IMG/VR virus record: IMGVR_UViG_3300032770_000003
Coordinates: 96,001-160,000 of that record
Strand: one strand, 5' to 3'
Length of the DNA stretch: 64,000 nt
From: a virus
This document shows, piece by piece, positions 9,499 through 17,949 of the stretch. A program made the position numbers and the translations under genes. How positions within the stretch are numbered: position 1 is the first letter of the stretch; each line of letters begins with the position of its first letter. The notes under the pieces were generated by a model that ran no database searches, was not told the DNA's origin, and saw only the letters and a list, made by a program, of their open reading frames with translations.

Positions 9499-10638
9499 TT
9501 ATCGACCGCCACCCATGGAGGCGACGACCAGTGAACGCACCTGAGGAGACATCTCCCCCGTTGCGTCGAACTTGATGACGTCGAGTTGGTTCATCTGGCC
9601 CTTCTTGACCAGCTCGAACATCACATCAGTGATTTGCGCCTTGTTGATCTGGTCCGATCCGGTATCCAGACCACCAGGTCCGAACGACTTCTGGACGGGC
9701 TGAACACCCGCCGGAGCTGCGCCCTGACCACCGCCCGGCACCGAGCGAAGATGCGACTTGGGGCCACCCACCGGTGCGCCGGCAGCCGCCGCGTTCACCT
9801 CAGCACCGCCGACAAGCTGCTGGCCGATTCCGACCATTGCCTCAGCGAAGCCCTTGTTGAACGTGGTCTGCTCGCTCATGAAACCGCCCATGCCCTTCTC
9901 CAGGGCATCGATGCGGGTGGCGAGCTTGCCAACGGTGTCGTTCAGCGCCTTGTTGATGCGCGCAGCGGTGCGCGCCTCGACGCCTTCCAGAGCCTCGCCC
10001 ATGGCGCGGGCGAACTCGTAGAGCACCGGGGACATCTCGATGCCCTTCTTCAGGTTCTGGCTGTTGGCGATCGCGCCACCCAGCGACTTCTTGGTTGAGC
10101 CCGGGTTCGCATCGGGTTCGATCTCATCGTCGGTGTCGGCGCCTGCGCTCGTCTTGGGCGCCTTGCCGGCTCCCTCTTCGGTTCCAGAAGGGGGCGCCTT
10201 CTCGGGAGACGTCGACGCCTTGGCGGTACCCGACTTCTTGGTATCGTCGTCATCGTCGTCGTCATCGTCGTCGCCGTTCTTGCCGAACGGGAACCCCTTC
10301 TTCACAGCCCAAGACTCCGCCTGGGTCAGCTTCTGACCCTTGGCGATCTTGGTGCCGATGGCCTTGCGAGCGTCGGAGCGTGCTCCTCTCACAATGGCAA
10401 CCTCGGCTGGAGTCAGCGCCTTCGACTTCGCCACCTTGTTCGCCAGCGCCTTCTTGACGCCGTCGTAGTCAGTGCCGTTGTCGTCGATGCCGTCCGAGTG
10501 CTCGTCTTGGTCTGTCTGGCCTGTGCCAGCCCACGTGCCCGGATTCGAGTCGGACGGCGTGTGAAAGAGCTGGCTCTTCGCCAATCCTTCCAGCCTCGAC
10601 AGGGCAGCGTGGAACTCGTCGCGATTGATGGTGGACAT
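9499..10638 (-). CDS. putative capsid scaffolding protein
   Basis: Lies between protease and capsid gene; acidic and coiled-coil segments; many K-S/K-A sites. Confidence 0.7.
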   Translation of the reverse strand: MSTINRDEFHAALSRLEGLAKSQLFHTPSDSNPGTWAGTGQTDQDEHSDGIDDNGTDYDGVKKALANKVAKSKALTPAEVAIVRGARSDARKAIGTKIAKGQKLTQAESWAVKKGFPFGKNGDDDDDDDDDDTKKSGTAKASTSPEKAPPSGTEEGAGKAPKTSAGADTDDEIEPDANPGSTKKSLGGAIANSQNLKKGIEMSPVLYEFARAMGEALEGVEARTAARINKALNDTVGKLATRIDALEKGMGGFMSEQTTFNKGFAEAMVGIGQQLVGGAEVNAAAAGAPVGGPKSHLRSVPGGGQGAAPAGVQPVQKSFGPGGLDTGSDQINKAQITDVMFELVKKGQMNQLDVIKFDATGEMSPQVRSLVVASMGGGR

Positions 10639-10646
10639 GTCTCCTC

Positions 10647-12338
10647 CTAGTGAGTTCCAGCGATTGCTGTGAAGATGGCGTCAGCCAGGGCCTGCGCCAC
10701 GGGATAGCTGTAGCCCCGCCGGGCCTGCAGATAGCCGAGAGCCTCTTGATACGAGATCTTCTCTGCCTTCTTGATGTGGTGACCGGGGAACGTCTGAATC
10801 TTGGCGCTGCCTTCGAGCGACTGAGGTCGGAGCACGCCACCCATGCCACCGGCGGTGAGTGCCTTCTCCTCTTCCTCGGTCTTCGTGGGCGCTGCCATGG
10901 ACTTCAGCGCGGGGCCACAGGTACAGCACCCACCCTTGCAGACGTCGTCCCAGGGATGCAGGCACCACTTCTGCTTGCCCAGTGACTTGACGATCTCGGC
11001 CCAGGTGTTGGTGTTTACAGGAGAGTTGTGTGCTACAATCCCATTCGCCTCATACCACCCCAACGACGTATCGAGATTGTAAACATGGCCAGACCAATCG
11101 AACCGTCGCGAGCTAGCGAGATCGCTGAAGCCTATCGCTTGGGAGAGCGTCCGGCCGCTATCGCCGAACGTTACGGAATCACTCGTGAGGGAGTCTGGCT
11201 CATCGCCAAAAGACTCGGCGTACGGCGAGATCGCTCTGAAGGGCAAAAGCTCCGCTGGCAAAACGCCATTCCCGCTGAGCGCAAGAAGTGGGAAACCGAA
11301 GGGGCCAAGCATCTGCGAAAGCAGCCCATTCCCGAAGAAGCTCGGCACAAGATCGCGCAGTTTCGGGAGGAACACCTTACGCTTGTCGGCCGCGGCGAGC
11401 GCGTCCTTGCCGAACTTCTCAAAGAACGCGGAATCCAATCGGTACTGCAGAAGGCCGTCGGTCGATACAATATCGACGTTGCCGCCGCATCCGTCGCCGT
11501 GGAAATCTTTTTCACCAACCGTACAAACCCTGTGAAGGGAACGCGTCCGGGAGGAAATGCGCGCAAGTTCAAATACCTGCTCGAAAGTGGGTGGCACATT
11601 CTGTGCATCATGGGTTCCAATCGTCGACGCAATCGACGACCCGGCAGTTTTCGTCCAGCCGACCAGATCACGGTTGAAACGGCCGATGCGGTAGCGGCCT
11701 TTATCAAGCTGACCAAGCGGTACCCAACCATGATCCGTGAATATCGGGTGATTCGGTGTTCCGGTGAGCTTCTCACCAGTAGCCAGTACGATCTCAACCA
11801 TCTGGCCGGTGTACCAACGTCGGCTGACCTTTTTTGACGCACCACAGACGCGAACGTCGCCAGGGAAACAGGCAGTAATCGCCACATCCTGCAGCCAGCA
11901 CTTGGCGATGGTATTCCCCTCTCGCCGAAGCACCTTGCCCTGGATCGAGAAACCAACCTTCCGATTGGACTCGTTGGCTGCGAGCGCGGTGATGTGGTCC
12001 CACCAGTACTCAGCGCGCTCCTTGCCCTTATACAAAAACCCCTTCAACCAGAGCCCAGCCGGGGTGATCCGGCATTCCGCGGGTTCGCCGACCTTGTGCT
12101 CAGGGCCCTCTTTGTGGTCGTCGTTGATGTAGCCGTACTTGAGGAAGTAGCCGTAGTCGATCCCGTTCTGACGGACCACTTCACCCTGAAGGTCACGGTC
12201 ATCTGTGGACGCGACCCCTTGGATCCAGCGCTTGCCGTCCTTACTCTCAGCCTTGGAGATCTTCTCCACCGGCATGAAGAAGTGGAAGGTAGAACCGGTG
12301 CCCAGCAAACGGTCTTCTATACCGTCCACTAAGCGCAT
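10647..12338 (-). CDS. prohead protease interrupted by an intein
   Basis: GVASTDDRDLQGE, INDDH, GFSIQG and VAITA|SPVN motifs; GGAGG RBS before ATG 12338. Confidence 0.88.
   Translation of the reverse strand: MRLVDGIEDRLLGTGSTFHFFMPVEKISKAESKDGKRWIQGVASTDDRDLQGEVVRQNGIDYGYFLKYGYINDDHKEGPEHKVGEPAECRITPAGLWLKGFLYKGKERAEYWWDHITALAANESNRKVGFSIQGKVLRREGNTIAKCWLQDVAITACFPGDVRVCGASKKVSRRWYTGQMVEIVLATGEKLTGTPNHPIFTDHGWVPLGQLDKGRYRIGRFNRDLVGWTKTAGSSIASTIGTHDAQNVPPTFEQVFELARISSRTRSLHRVCTVGEKDFHGDGCGGNVDIVSTDGLLQYRLDSAFFEKFGKDALAAADKRKVFLPKLRDLVPSFFGNGLLSQMLGPFGFPLLALSGNGVLPAELLPFRAISPYAESFGDEPDSLTSDSVTFGDSGRTLSQAIGFSDLASSRRFDWSGHVYNLDTSLGWYEANGIVAHNSPVNTNTWAEIVKSLGKQKWCLHPWDDVCKGGCCTCGPALKSMAAPTKTEEEEKALTAGGMGGVLRPQSLEGSAKIQTFPGHHIKKAEKISYQEALGYLQARRGYSYPVAQALADAIFTAIAGTH
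11025..11870 (-). mobile_element. intein (282 aa) in prohead protease, no sense-strand endonuclease
   Basis: CFPGD N-terminus, GTPNHP block B, GHVYNL...GIVAHN|S C-terminus. Confidence 0.9.
11085..11837 (+). CDS. HTH + Vsr/DUF559-like PD-(D/E)xK endonuclease encoded antisense inside the intein
   Basis: HTH (AAIAERYGITREGV); E..LAELLKERGI..Q..VGRYNIDVA..VAVE; LLESGWHIL; paralog at 39863. Confidence 0.8.
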   Translation: MARPIEPSRASEIAEAYRLGERPAAIAERYGITREGVWLIAKRLGVRRDRSEGQKLRWQNAIPAERKKWETEGAKHLRKQPIPEEARHKIAQFREEHLTLVGRGERVLAELLKERGIQSVLQKAVGRYNIDVAAASVAVEIFFTNRTNPVKGTRPGGNARKFKYLLESGWHILCIMGSNRRRNRRPGSFRPADQITVETADAVAAFIKLTKRYPTMIREYRVIRCSGELLTSSQYDLNHLAGVPTSADLF

Positions 12339-12856
12339 GTCACGTGCCTCCATCTCTTCCCCTGAGTGATCAGAGCAATGGCGGAACGTGTGACATTCAG
12401 CCTAGTGGCGATCCAACTCTGGGATCGCCCCAACCTTCGCCAGTTCAATACTTGCTGAATATCCGCTTCAGAAAGCTTAGCGCTACCACGCGGATGAGCG
12501 GCGCCCTTTGGGGCATTGGTACGTCCCCACGCTACGCAATCAGCGCGATTCTGGCGGTGAGTACCCTCGCTCAGATGATCTGGATTCACACAGTGGCGGA
12601 CATCGCAAGCGTGTAACGTTTCCATCCCCGGTAAGAGCTGGCGGCCTAGCTTCTGTTCCAAAACCAGCCTGGCAGCGATACGCGGACGACCGTTGAACCA
12701 AAACCACGCACAACCTTTGTTGTTCCTTGCACCTGTCCAGAGATGGCAAGGCCCCAGCCCTGGACGAGCCTCAGGCCCATTCAGGTCAATGAACTTCCGG
12801 AACCGGAAGGTCTCGCCTTCACCAAGCAGCTGATCGTTGATCTCTGTGAGTCGCAT
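12329..12856 (-). CDS. HNH endonuclease (HNH_3-like) with C-terminal HTH
   Basis: CHLWTG...LHACDVRHCVNPDHLSEGT..QN; SQSWIATRLNVTRSAI. Confidence 0.85.
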   Translation of the reverse strand: MRLTEINDQLLGEGETFRFRKFIDLNGPEARPGLGPCHLWTGARNNKGCAWFWFNGRPRIAARLVLEQKLGRQLLPGMETLHACDVRHCVNPDHLSEGTHRQNRADCVAWGRTNAPKGAAHPRGSAKLSEADIQQVLNWRRLGRSQSWIATRLNVTRSAIALITQGKRWRHVTCA

Positions 12857-12916
12857 CAGAGGGAGGGGGCTCGCGGCCTCATCCTCCCTTTGATGGAGCG
12901 ATGCTGCTGAGTGATT

Positions 12917-12946
12917 AACGTAGGCGGATCTTGGTCAGCGAGTCAA
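12917..12946 (-). promoter_or_regulatory. sigma70-like promoter upstream of the HNH/protease/capsid genes
   Basis: TTGACT-N18-TACGTT, next to an 11-bp inverted repeat at 12949-12975. Confidence 0.4.
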
Positions 12947-13163
12947 CATGAATCCTCTCAGTCCGAGAGGATTCAGACTCACTTGTCCAAGTACAGCTGG
13001 GGACCCGGATCGGGCGGCGCGGGGAGCTTCACCTCTTCGCCGCAGCTTTTACAGACTGCGTAATACCCGTCAGCGCGCAGCAAAACCACCTTCGCGCGCA
13101 CCTTCCCCCAGCCCGCGGTGCCTTTGACGATCACCTCGGAACACTGACACGTGAGGAGAGCGT

Positions 13164-13598
13164 CTACTCCTGCCGCGTCAGCGTCTTGTAGGTTGAGTCT
13201 GACAGCCAGGGCGGTCTTCCTTGTTCAGTGAGCGCTTTGGTGAGTGCTGGACGCATTGCATCGTATTCGGCGTCAGGTAGCACGACGGCGCCGACGTAGC
13301 CCTTCATGTCGCGGACGTAGGGGCAGGTTTTCGGGAAGGCGCCCTTGCTGATGGCCTCAGCAAGCGGCATGCACCAGCCCTTCGCCACCTCGTGCCGGCG
13401 CTCGTAGACCGAGCAGCAGCTCTTCCCGTTGCTCTTGTCCACCGCCAGGTGCTTGCAGCGCAGATCGGGGATCAGCACCGTTGTGGTCCCGCTCTTGGCG
13501 ACGGGGACTGTCGCGTGACAGCACGCACCACAGTCGACACACATCGACTCCAGCTCAGACTTCGACAGCCCCTCCAGATGGATCGGCAACCGCGTCAC
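13164..13598 (-). CDS. CxxCxxCC (YkgJ/YcgN-like) metal-cluster protein
   Basis: CVDCGACC...CKHL...CSVYERR...CPY. Confidence 0.7.
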   Translation of the reverse strand: MTRLPIHLEGLSKSELESMCVDCGACCHATVPVAKSGTTTVLIPDLRCKHLAVDKSNGKSCCSVYERRHEVAKGWCMPLAEAISKGAFPKTCPYVRDMKGYVGAVVLPDAEYDAMRPALTKALTEQGRPPWLSDSTYKTLTRQE

Positions 13599-13846
13599 TT
13601 CTTCTGTTCCTCGCCGTCTTTGCTCGACGGCACCAACTGACCGTCCGCCGAATAGATGTAATAGGGCCCGTCGCCCTCTTGCGCGGCCACGAGCTGCTTG
13701 GCCTCTTCGGGGGTGGCGACAGAGCCCACGAGGAAAAGCCCCTGGTCTTCAGGATCGCCAAAGTCGTCAACGCCGACGACGTTGTAACCGACCTGCGGGC
13801 GAAGCGCCTGCTTCTCCGCCAGGGCCTGCATGATGTCAATTGCCAT
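13595..13846 (-). CDS. hypothetical protein
   Basis: 83 aa; GTGA overlap with the next gene. Confidence 0.55.
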   Translation of the reverse strand: MAIDIMQALAEKQALRPQVGYNVVGVDDFGDPEDQGLFLVGSVATPEEAKQLVAAQEGDGPYYIYSADGQLVPSSKDGEEQKK

Positions 13847-13858
13847 TAACGCACTTAC

Positions 13859-14356
13859 TTACCCATTGGGATGCAGCGGATGAAGCTCGCTCTCCAATTC
13901 GGCCCAGAGAGCCTCATGCTCCCCCGGCGTGTAGAGAATCGCACGGAAGAGCAGGTGATCACTCTGATACTTTTTGTAGTAGGTGGAACCTCGCCAGGAA
14001 CGACGGACGTTGGCGAGACGATCAAGCAGCTTCAGAAACACCGCGTCGGTTCCAGCTGCGCGAATCTTTCGCCAGCTCGCCGCCAGCCGTTCGTCACGCG
14101 GGGGCCCCTTGGGCAGCTTGGTCACCGCCTCCACCAGGCTCGTGACCTCGGAACCGAAGCTCTTGCGCACTTCCTCCGCGGTGGTGGGCGTGTCTTCCAG
14201 GACGTCGTGCAGGTAGGCAGCAGTCTGCACCGTCGGAGAGGCGCCGTAGAGAAGCGACAGGGCGTAGACCTCATCCAGGTGAGACAGATAGGAGACATGC
14301 CCGTACATCTGCTTGCCATGGGCGGCAGCAGCAAATTCACGGGCTTTCGTCATCAT
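13859..14356 (-). CDS. small alarmone hydrolase (HD domain, Mesh1/SpoT-like)
   Basis: AH..Q..Y..HL..V; AAYLHDVLEDT; LVEAVTK; LKLLDRLAN. Confidence 0.85.
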   Translation of the reverse strand: MMTKAREFAAAAHGKQMYGHVSYLSHLDEVYALSLLYGASPTVQTAAYLHDVLEDTPTTAEEVRKSFGSEVTSLVEAVTKLPKGPPRDERLAASWRKIRAAGTDAVFLKLLDRLANVRRSWRGSTYYKKYQSDHLLFRAILYTPGEHEALWAELESELHPLHPNG

Positions 14357-14371
14357 CCTATCCACGGTGAA

Positions 14372-14391
14372 AGGTCGATCTGCGCAAAAGT
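14372..14391 (-). promoter_or_regulatory. conserved 20-bp motif ACTTYTGYGYRGATCGACCT upstream of the HD hydrolase
   Basis: One of 11 copies, each shortly upstream of a gene or transcript start. Confidence 0.7.
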
Positions 14392-14402
14392 CCAAAAGGT
14401 AG

Positions 14403-15278
14403 TCAAAGGCAGTGAAACAGCTGCTGGACGATCGGGGGGCAGATGGGCTTGGCGGCCTGTAGGCCACTGTCCGCGGCGACCGTATAGTCCAACGCTTGCT
14501 GGGCGTACTGATTGATCGGTTCAGCCTGGCGCGACAATGCCTCCTCCTGCTCAGGAGTACGGGGCTTGTAGATATCGTGAATGAAGTTCTGCATTTGACT
14601 CTGTGCTGTAGTCTGGACCTGAACTTCCTTATCTAATCCATCGCTGTCACGAATCGTAAGATGGTAGGCGCGGTATAGGCCCTTTGGGTTAGAGACGTAG
14701 TCGTCTTCCCCGACAACTTGAAAGTTCTGCTTGATGCGGTCAACCAAAGCCATCTGTTCCGCTGCATTATTCACCACACAGCGCATGCCTGTGCAGTCTT
14801 GAAGGCGTGACGCATCACTATACTCTTTCGGTTTCCTGACGAGTTTGCCCAACGCACTAGAGATGTCTTTGACTCGTCCGCTAACACGCGCTCCCTCTCG
14901 GGCGGGCACTAGGGCGTGTAGCTTGTTTACCGCTGCCGATAATGATGCTTTGTGTTGAGCTAATAGCTGTTGAGCAAGTTGAACATGCTCTTGAGTACTC
15001 ATCGTAGGAGGCAACCGACCGTCAAACTGTTGTGTTAACCGTGCGGTTTCCTTTTCTGGTGGTTCCGTCTCCTTACCTTGACTCCGGCTGCCCTCTGTTG
15101 TTGCAGCTGCTCCTGGCTTTCGGTAGTACGTCTCAGTGAATGATGTTCCGTCGCGGGTTACCTGCTCCTGAACAGCTTCCAACCCTTCGTGACCTGCCTT
15201 GAGCAGATCGAAGAGGGACTCGACACCTGTGTGTCGTCCCCCCTTGATCAGGTCAAACAAGCTCTCTACGCCAGGCAT
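14403..15278 (-). CDS. RelA/SpoT-domain small alarmone synthetase
   Basis: GRVKDISSALGK, LQDCTGMR, DDYVSNPKGLYRAYHL, KEVQVQT. Confidence 0.85.
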   Translation of the reverse strand: MPGVESLFDLIKGGRHTGVESLFDLLKAGHEGLEAVQEQVTRDGTSFTETYYRKPGAAATTEGSRSQGKETEPPEKETARLTQQFDGRLPPTMSTQEHVQLAQQLLAQHKASLSAAVNKLHALVPAREGARVSGRVKDISSALGKLVRKPKEYSDASRLQDCTGMRCVVNNAAEQMALVDRIKQNFQVVGEDDYVSNPKGLYRAYHLTIRDSDGLDKEVQVQTTAQSQMQNFIHDIYKPRTPEQEEALSRQAEPINQYAQQALDYTVAADSGLQAAKPICPPIVQQLFHCL

Positions 15279-16210
15279 CCGAATGTCCTCCGGACTTCAC
15301 CAGGGCACTCAGGCTTGGGTACGTCATCACCATTTCCGTCGAGAGCTGCGTAGTACCGAGAGAGGTCGTTGACATACGCGCGAATAGCACTCCCCGCGTG
15401 GGCTAGAGCGCGTTCCTGGCTCTCCGTCCGTGGCTTGTAGACGTCATGGGCCCAGTTGGCCAACTTGAGCTGATTGTGTGTCAGCACCTGAATCTCTTTT
15501 CCGTTGCCGTCCTTGTCGCGTACCACCACGTGATACGCGCGATAGTAGCCGCCTTTGGGACTCGTGAGGTAGTCGTCTTCCGTGATCACATCCCAGCGCG
15601 CCTTCACCCGCTCGACAGTCCGCTGGACCTCGTCCGTCGTGTCGACGACGATCCGAACCCCTGTCAGATCCTGGAGGTCAGCAGCCGATGCGTAGTGGGG
15701 CTTGTCGTGGAGCTTGCGGATCGTGCTCTCCAGGCTCTTGAGACGGCCCTCCACCTTGGAGCCTGGTAGCGCTACCTGGCGAACCTCGGACAGGAACCGC
15801 GCGTAGGTCCGCTTGTGATGCAAGATCTCATCCTGAGCGATCGCGACGTGCTCATCAAAGGAGTGCGGTCCAGGCATCTTCTCGCCGAACTCATCGCGCA
15901 GAGCTTGGAGCTGCGGTGTCGTCTCGACGGTATCGTGCCCACGGGCCGCCAGCTCCAGACTCAACGCCTTGAGCATTTCCTCCACGTCGGCACTCGGCTG
16001 ACCGCCTGGATCGTTCTTCTCTGAGCGCCACTGCATCGTGTGCATGAGGGTCATCAGAGCCCGTTTCTTGGCCAGGGCCGCTGCCTGGTTCTCGGTATCC
16101 AGTCCCTCGAAGACTTTCAGGAGATCGAGGATACGATCAGTAGGGACTCGGGAGTCTGTGATCAGACTGTCCAGTCGATCAGTCATCGCATGAATATCTG
16201 CTGCATTCAT
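15266..16210 (-). CDS. RelA/SpoT-domain small alarmone synthetase (paralog)
   Basis: GRLKSLESTIRK, LQDLTGVR, DDYLTSPKGGYYRAYHV, KEIQVLT; ATGA overlap at the start. Confidence 0.85.
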   Translation of the reverse strand: MNAADIHAMTDRLDSLITDSRVPTDRILDLLKVFEGLDTENQAAALAKKRALMTLMHTMQWRSEKNDPGGQPSADVEEMLKALSLELAARGHDTVETTPQLQALRDEFGEKMPGPHSFDEHVAIAQDEILHHKRTYARFLSEVRQVALPGSKVEGRLKSLESTIRKLHDKPHYASAADLQDLTGVRIVVDTTDEVQRTVERVKARWDVITEDDYLTSPKGGYYRAYHVVVRDKDGNGKEIQVLTHNQLKLANWAHDVYKPRTESQERALAHAGSAIRAYVNDLSRYYAALDGNGDDVPKPECPGEVRRTFGCLA

Positions 16211-17694
16211 CGACGTCCTGCCCAATCCGCCTCGTAGGCCGCCTGTTCCTGGGGTGTGGCGAAGCCAGGTGCCACCTCCGGTTCTGTGACCTTCGCTCCC
16301 CGCTTCTGCTTGATGACCCTGCCCTCTGCATCGAACTTCTGCTTACCGATGAACTTTTGCTTCGTCTTCGGTTGCCAGTCGTCCGACACGAAACCTCTGT
16401 TTTCTACTATCGTTCGAACGTACTCATCGAAGACGCCGACGTGTGTCCCCACCTGCTCGCGACTGAACGGCACACCCTTCGTCAGGTATTTCTTGACCGC
16501 GTCCTGTACAGCGCTCCTGATGTTTTCAGTCCAGCGCTGCTCACGCTCAACCCGATCAGCCTCACGTCGACGAACCTGCTCAGGAAGGGGGCTGCCGTCG
16601 GACAACCAAGACGTGGTCGTACCGATCTGCTCTGCCCAATGGGCAAACTGGGCACTGAGATCGAACTTGTCGAGCACGCGATTGGCGATGGCACCCCAGC
16701 GCTGATCATCCGCCGGCAGCTGTGCTTTCTGCTTTATCTCCAGCGCACGCGCAGCGATGTGATCTTGGAACTCTTGATTCGAGATCGTCTTGTCATCATC
16801 GAGCCCATCTGCGTATGCGATGAGGTTGGCGAATCGTTCCACATACTGTTTGTATGAAACAGGCTGACCGCTCGGAACAGCCCACTCGTAGTTACCGAAC
16901 GGGTCCTCCACCCGCTCGAAGATCGGTTCGGTTGTTCCTGTCACAGGAAGCCCTAGAAGGTTCTCAGACACGTCACGAACACAGTGTTGCGCCAGTAGCT
17001 CTGTCGTGGCCTCCTCTAGCGCAGCATTCGGACGGTAGGCTGCGTTCCTCTCACCCTCCTCACCGATCAGCGTTCCTTCGTATTGGAAGATGTTGGAGGC
17101 ATGGTGCATGGACTCGTGAACGACCACTCTGACGCCATCCATAGTCCAGTCCCTGACTTTCTTCTCCGTGACGGCTTTGTAGACGTCTATGGCCACACTC
17201 GGAGTGATCTGAATCAGACCAATGCTTCGGTTGTACTCCCCAGCTGCCCAGTTCATCTTGGGGTTCACATCGAAGAACTTCAGAGCGTCAGGATCATTGG
17301 TTGCTTCTGGTCCCTTCAGCTTCCTAGCGATCTCTTTAGCTAGTGTTCGGAACTTGTCCTTGATGACAGGTGTGACCGCTTCTACGGCTTTCTTGGCATT
17401 CGCGCCGAACTCATCATACGAGCCAATGACACCGTAGTTCAGGTCGTCGTATTTGGGCAAGTCAACGGAACTCAGATTCAGGCTCGCTGACCCTTTGAAC
17501 GATGGAACCGGAGTTGGCTTCTCTGCCAACACCGTCTTCGGATCTCTGTCAGTCGCAGGCCGATCAGCTGTAGAGCGAACCCAGCGCTTAGACTGATAGG
17601 TAGTCCCGTCCTTACGGTGAACCTCGACGTCACGAAGGACGAGACCTCCCGCCTTCATGAAGTCGAACAAGCCGAGAACCGGCTCGGTAACCAC
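16207..17694 (-). CDS. putative zincin-like metallopeptidase, probable internal virion protein
   Basis: VVVHESMHH followed by LEEATTE. Confidence 0.6.
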   Translation of the reverse strand: MVTEPVLGLFDFMKAGGLVLRDVEVHRKDGTTYQSKRWVRSTADRPATDRDPKTVLAEKPTPVPSFKGSASLNLSSVDLPKYDDLNYGVIGSYDEFGANAKKAVEAVTPVIKDKFRTLAKEIARKLKGPEATNDPDALKFFDVNPKMNWAAGEYNRSIGLIQITPSVAIDVYKAVTEKKVRDWTMDGVRVVVHESMHHASNIFQYEGTLIGEEGERNAAYRPNAALEEATTELLAQHCVRDVSENLLGLPVTGTTEPIFERVEDPFGNYEWAVPSGQPVSYKQYVERFANLIAYADGLDDDKTISNQEFQDHIAARALEIKQKAQLPADDQRWGAIANRVLDKFDLSAQFAHWAEQIGTTTSWLSDGSPLPEQVRRREADRVEREQRWTENIRSAVQDAVKKYLTKGVPFSREQVGTHVGVFDEYVRTIVENRGFVSDDWQPKTKQKFIGKQKFDAEGRVIKQKRGAKVTEPEVAPGFATPQEQAAYEADWAGRR

Positions 17695-17715
17695 GCACCC
17701 GACTCCCTTGTGATG

Positions 17716-17949
17716 TCAGCGCTTCGGAGTCGTCTTCGGCGCCGGCTTGGATGCGCTCTTGCCGACCTGGTTGAGCTGATCGGGGTCCACCAAGAGCCCG
17801 TGCTTCATCACCCGCGGCTTGAGCTTCTCATCGCCCGGGTGGACGTAGCCATCATCGGTGGAGTTGGACTTGCTCATCTGAGGTGGCTCCTGTGCGGGTG
17901 CCCCTTCTTTCGAAGGTAGCATGGTTTTGTCGTCGAAGTAGAGAGTCAC
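17716..17949 (-). CDS. hypothetical protein
   Basis: 77 aa; GTGA coupling. Confidence 0.5.
   Translation of the reverse strand: MTLYFDDKTMLPSKEGAPAQEPPQMSKSNSTDDGYVHPGDEKLKPRVMKHGLLVDPDQLNQVGKSASKPAPKTTPKR

Noticed and set aside
11171-11956. Third long ORF (261 aa, minus strand) across the protease intein
   Set aside because: Arg/Ser-rich with no motifs, and no counterpart in the UDG intein
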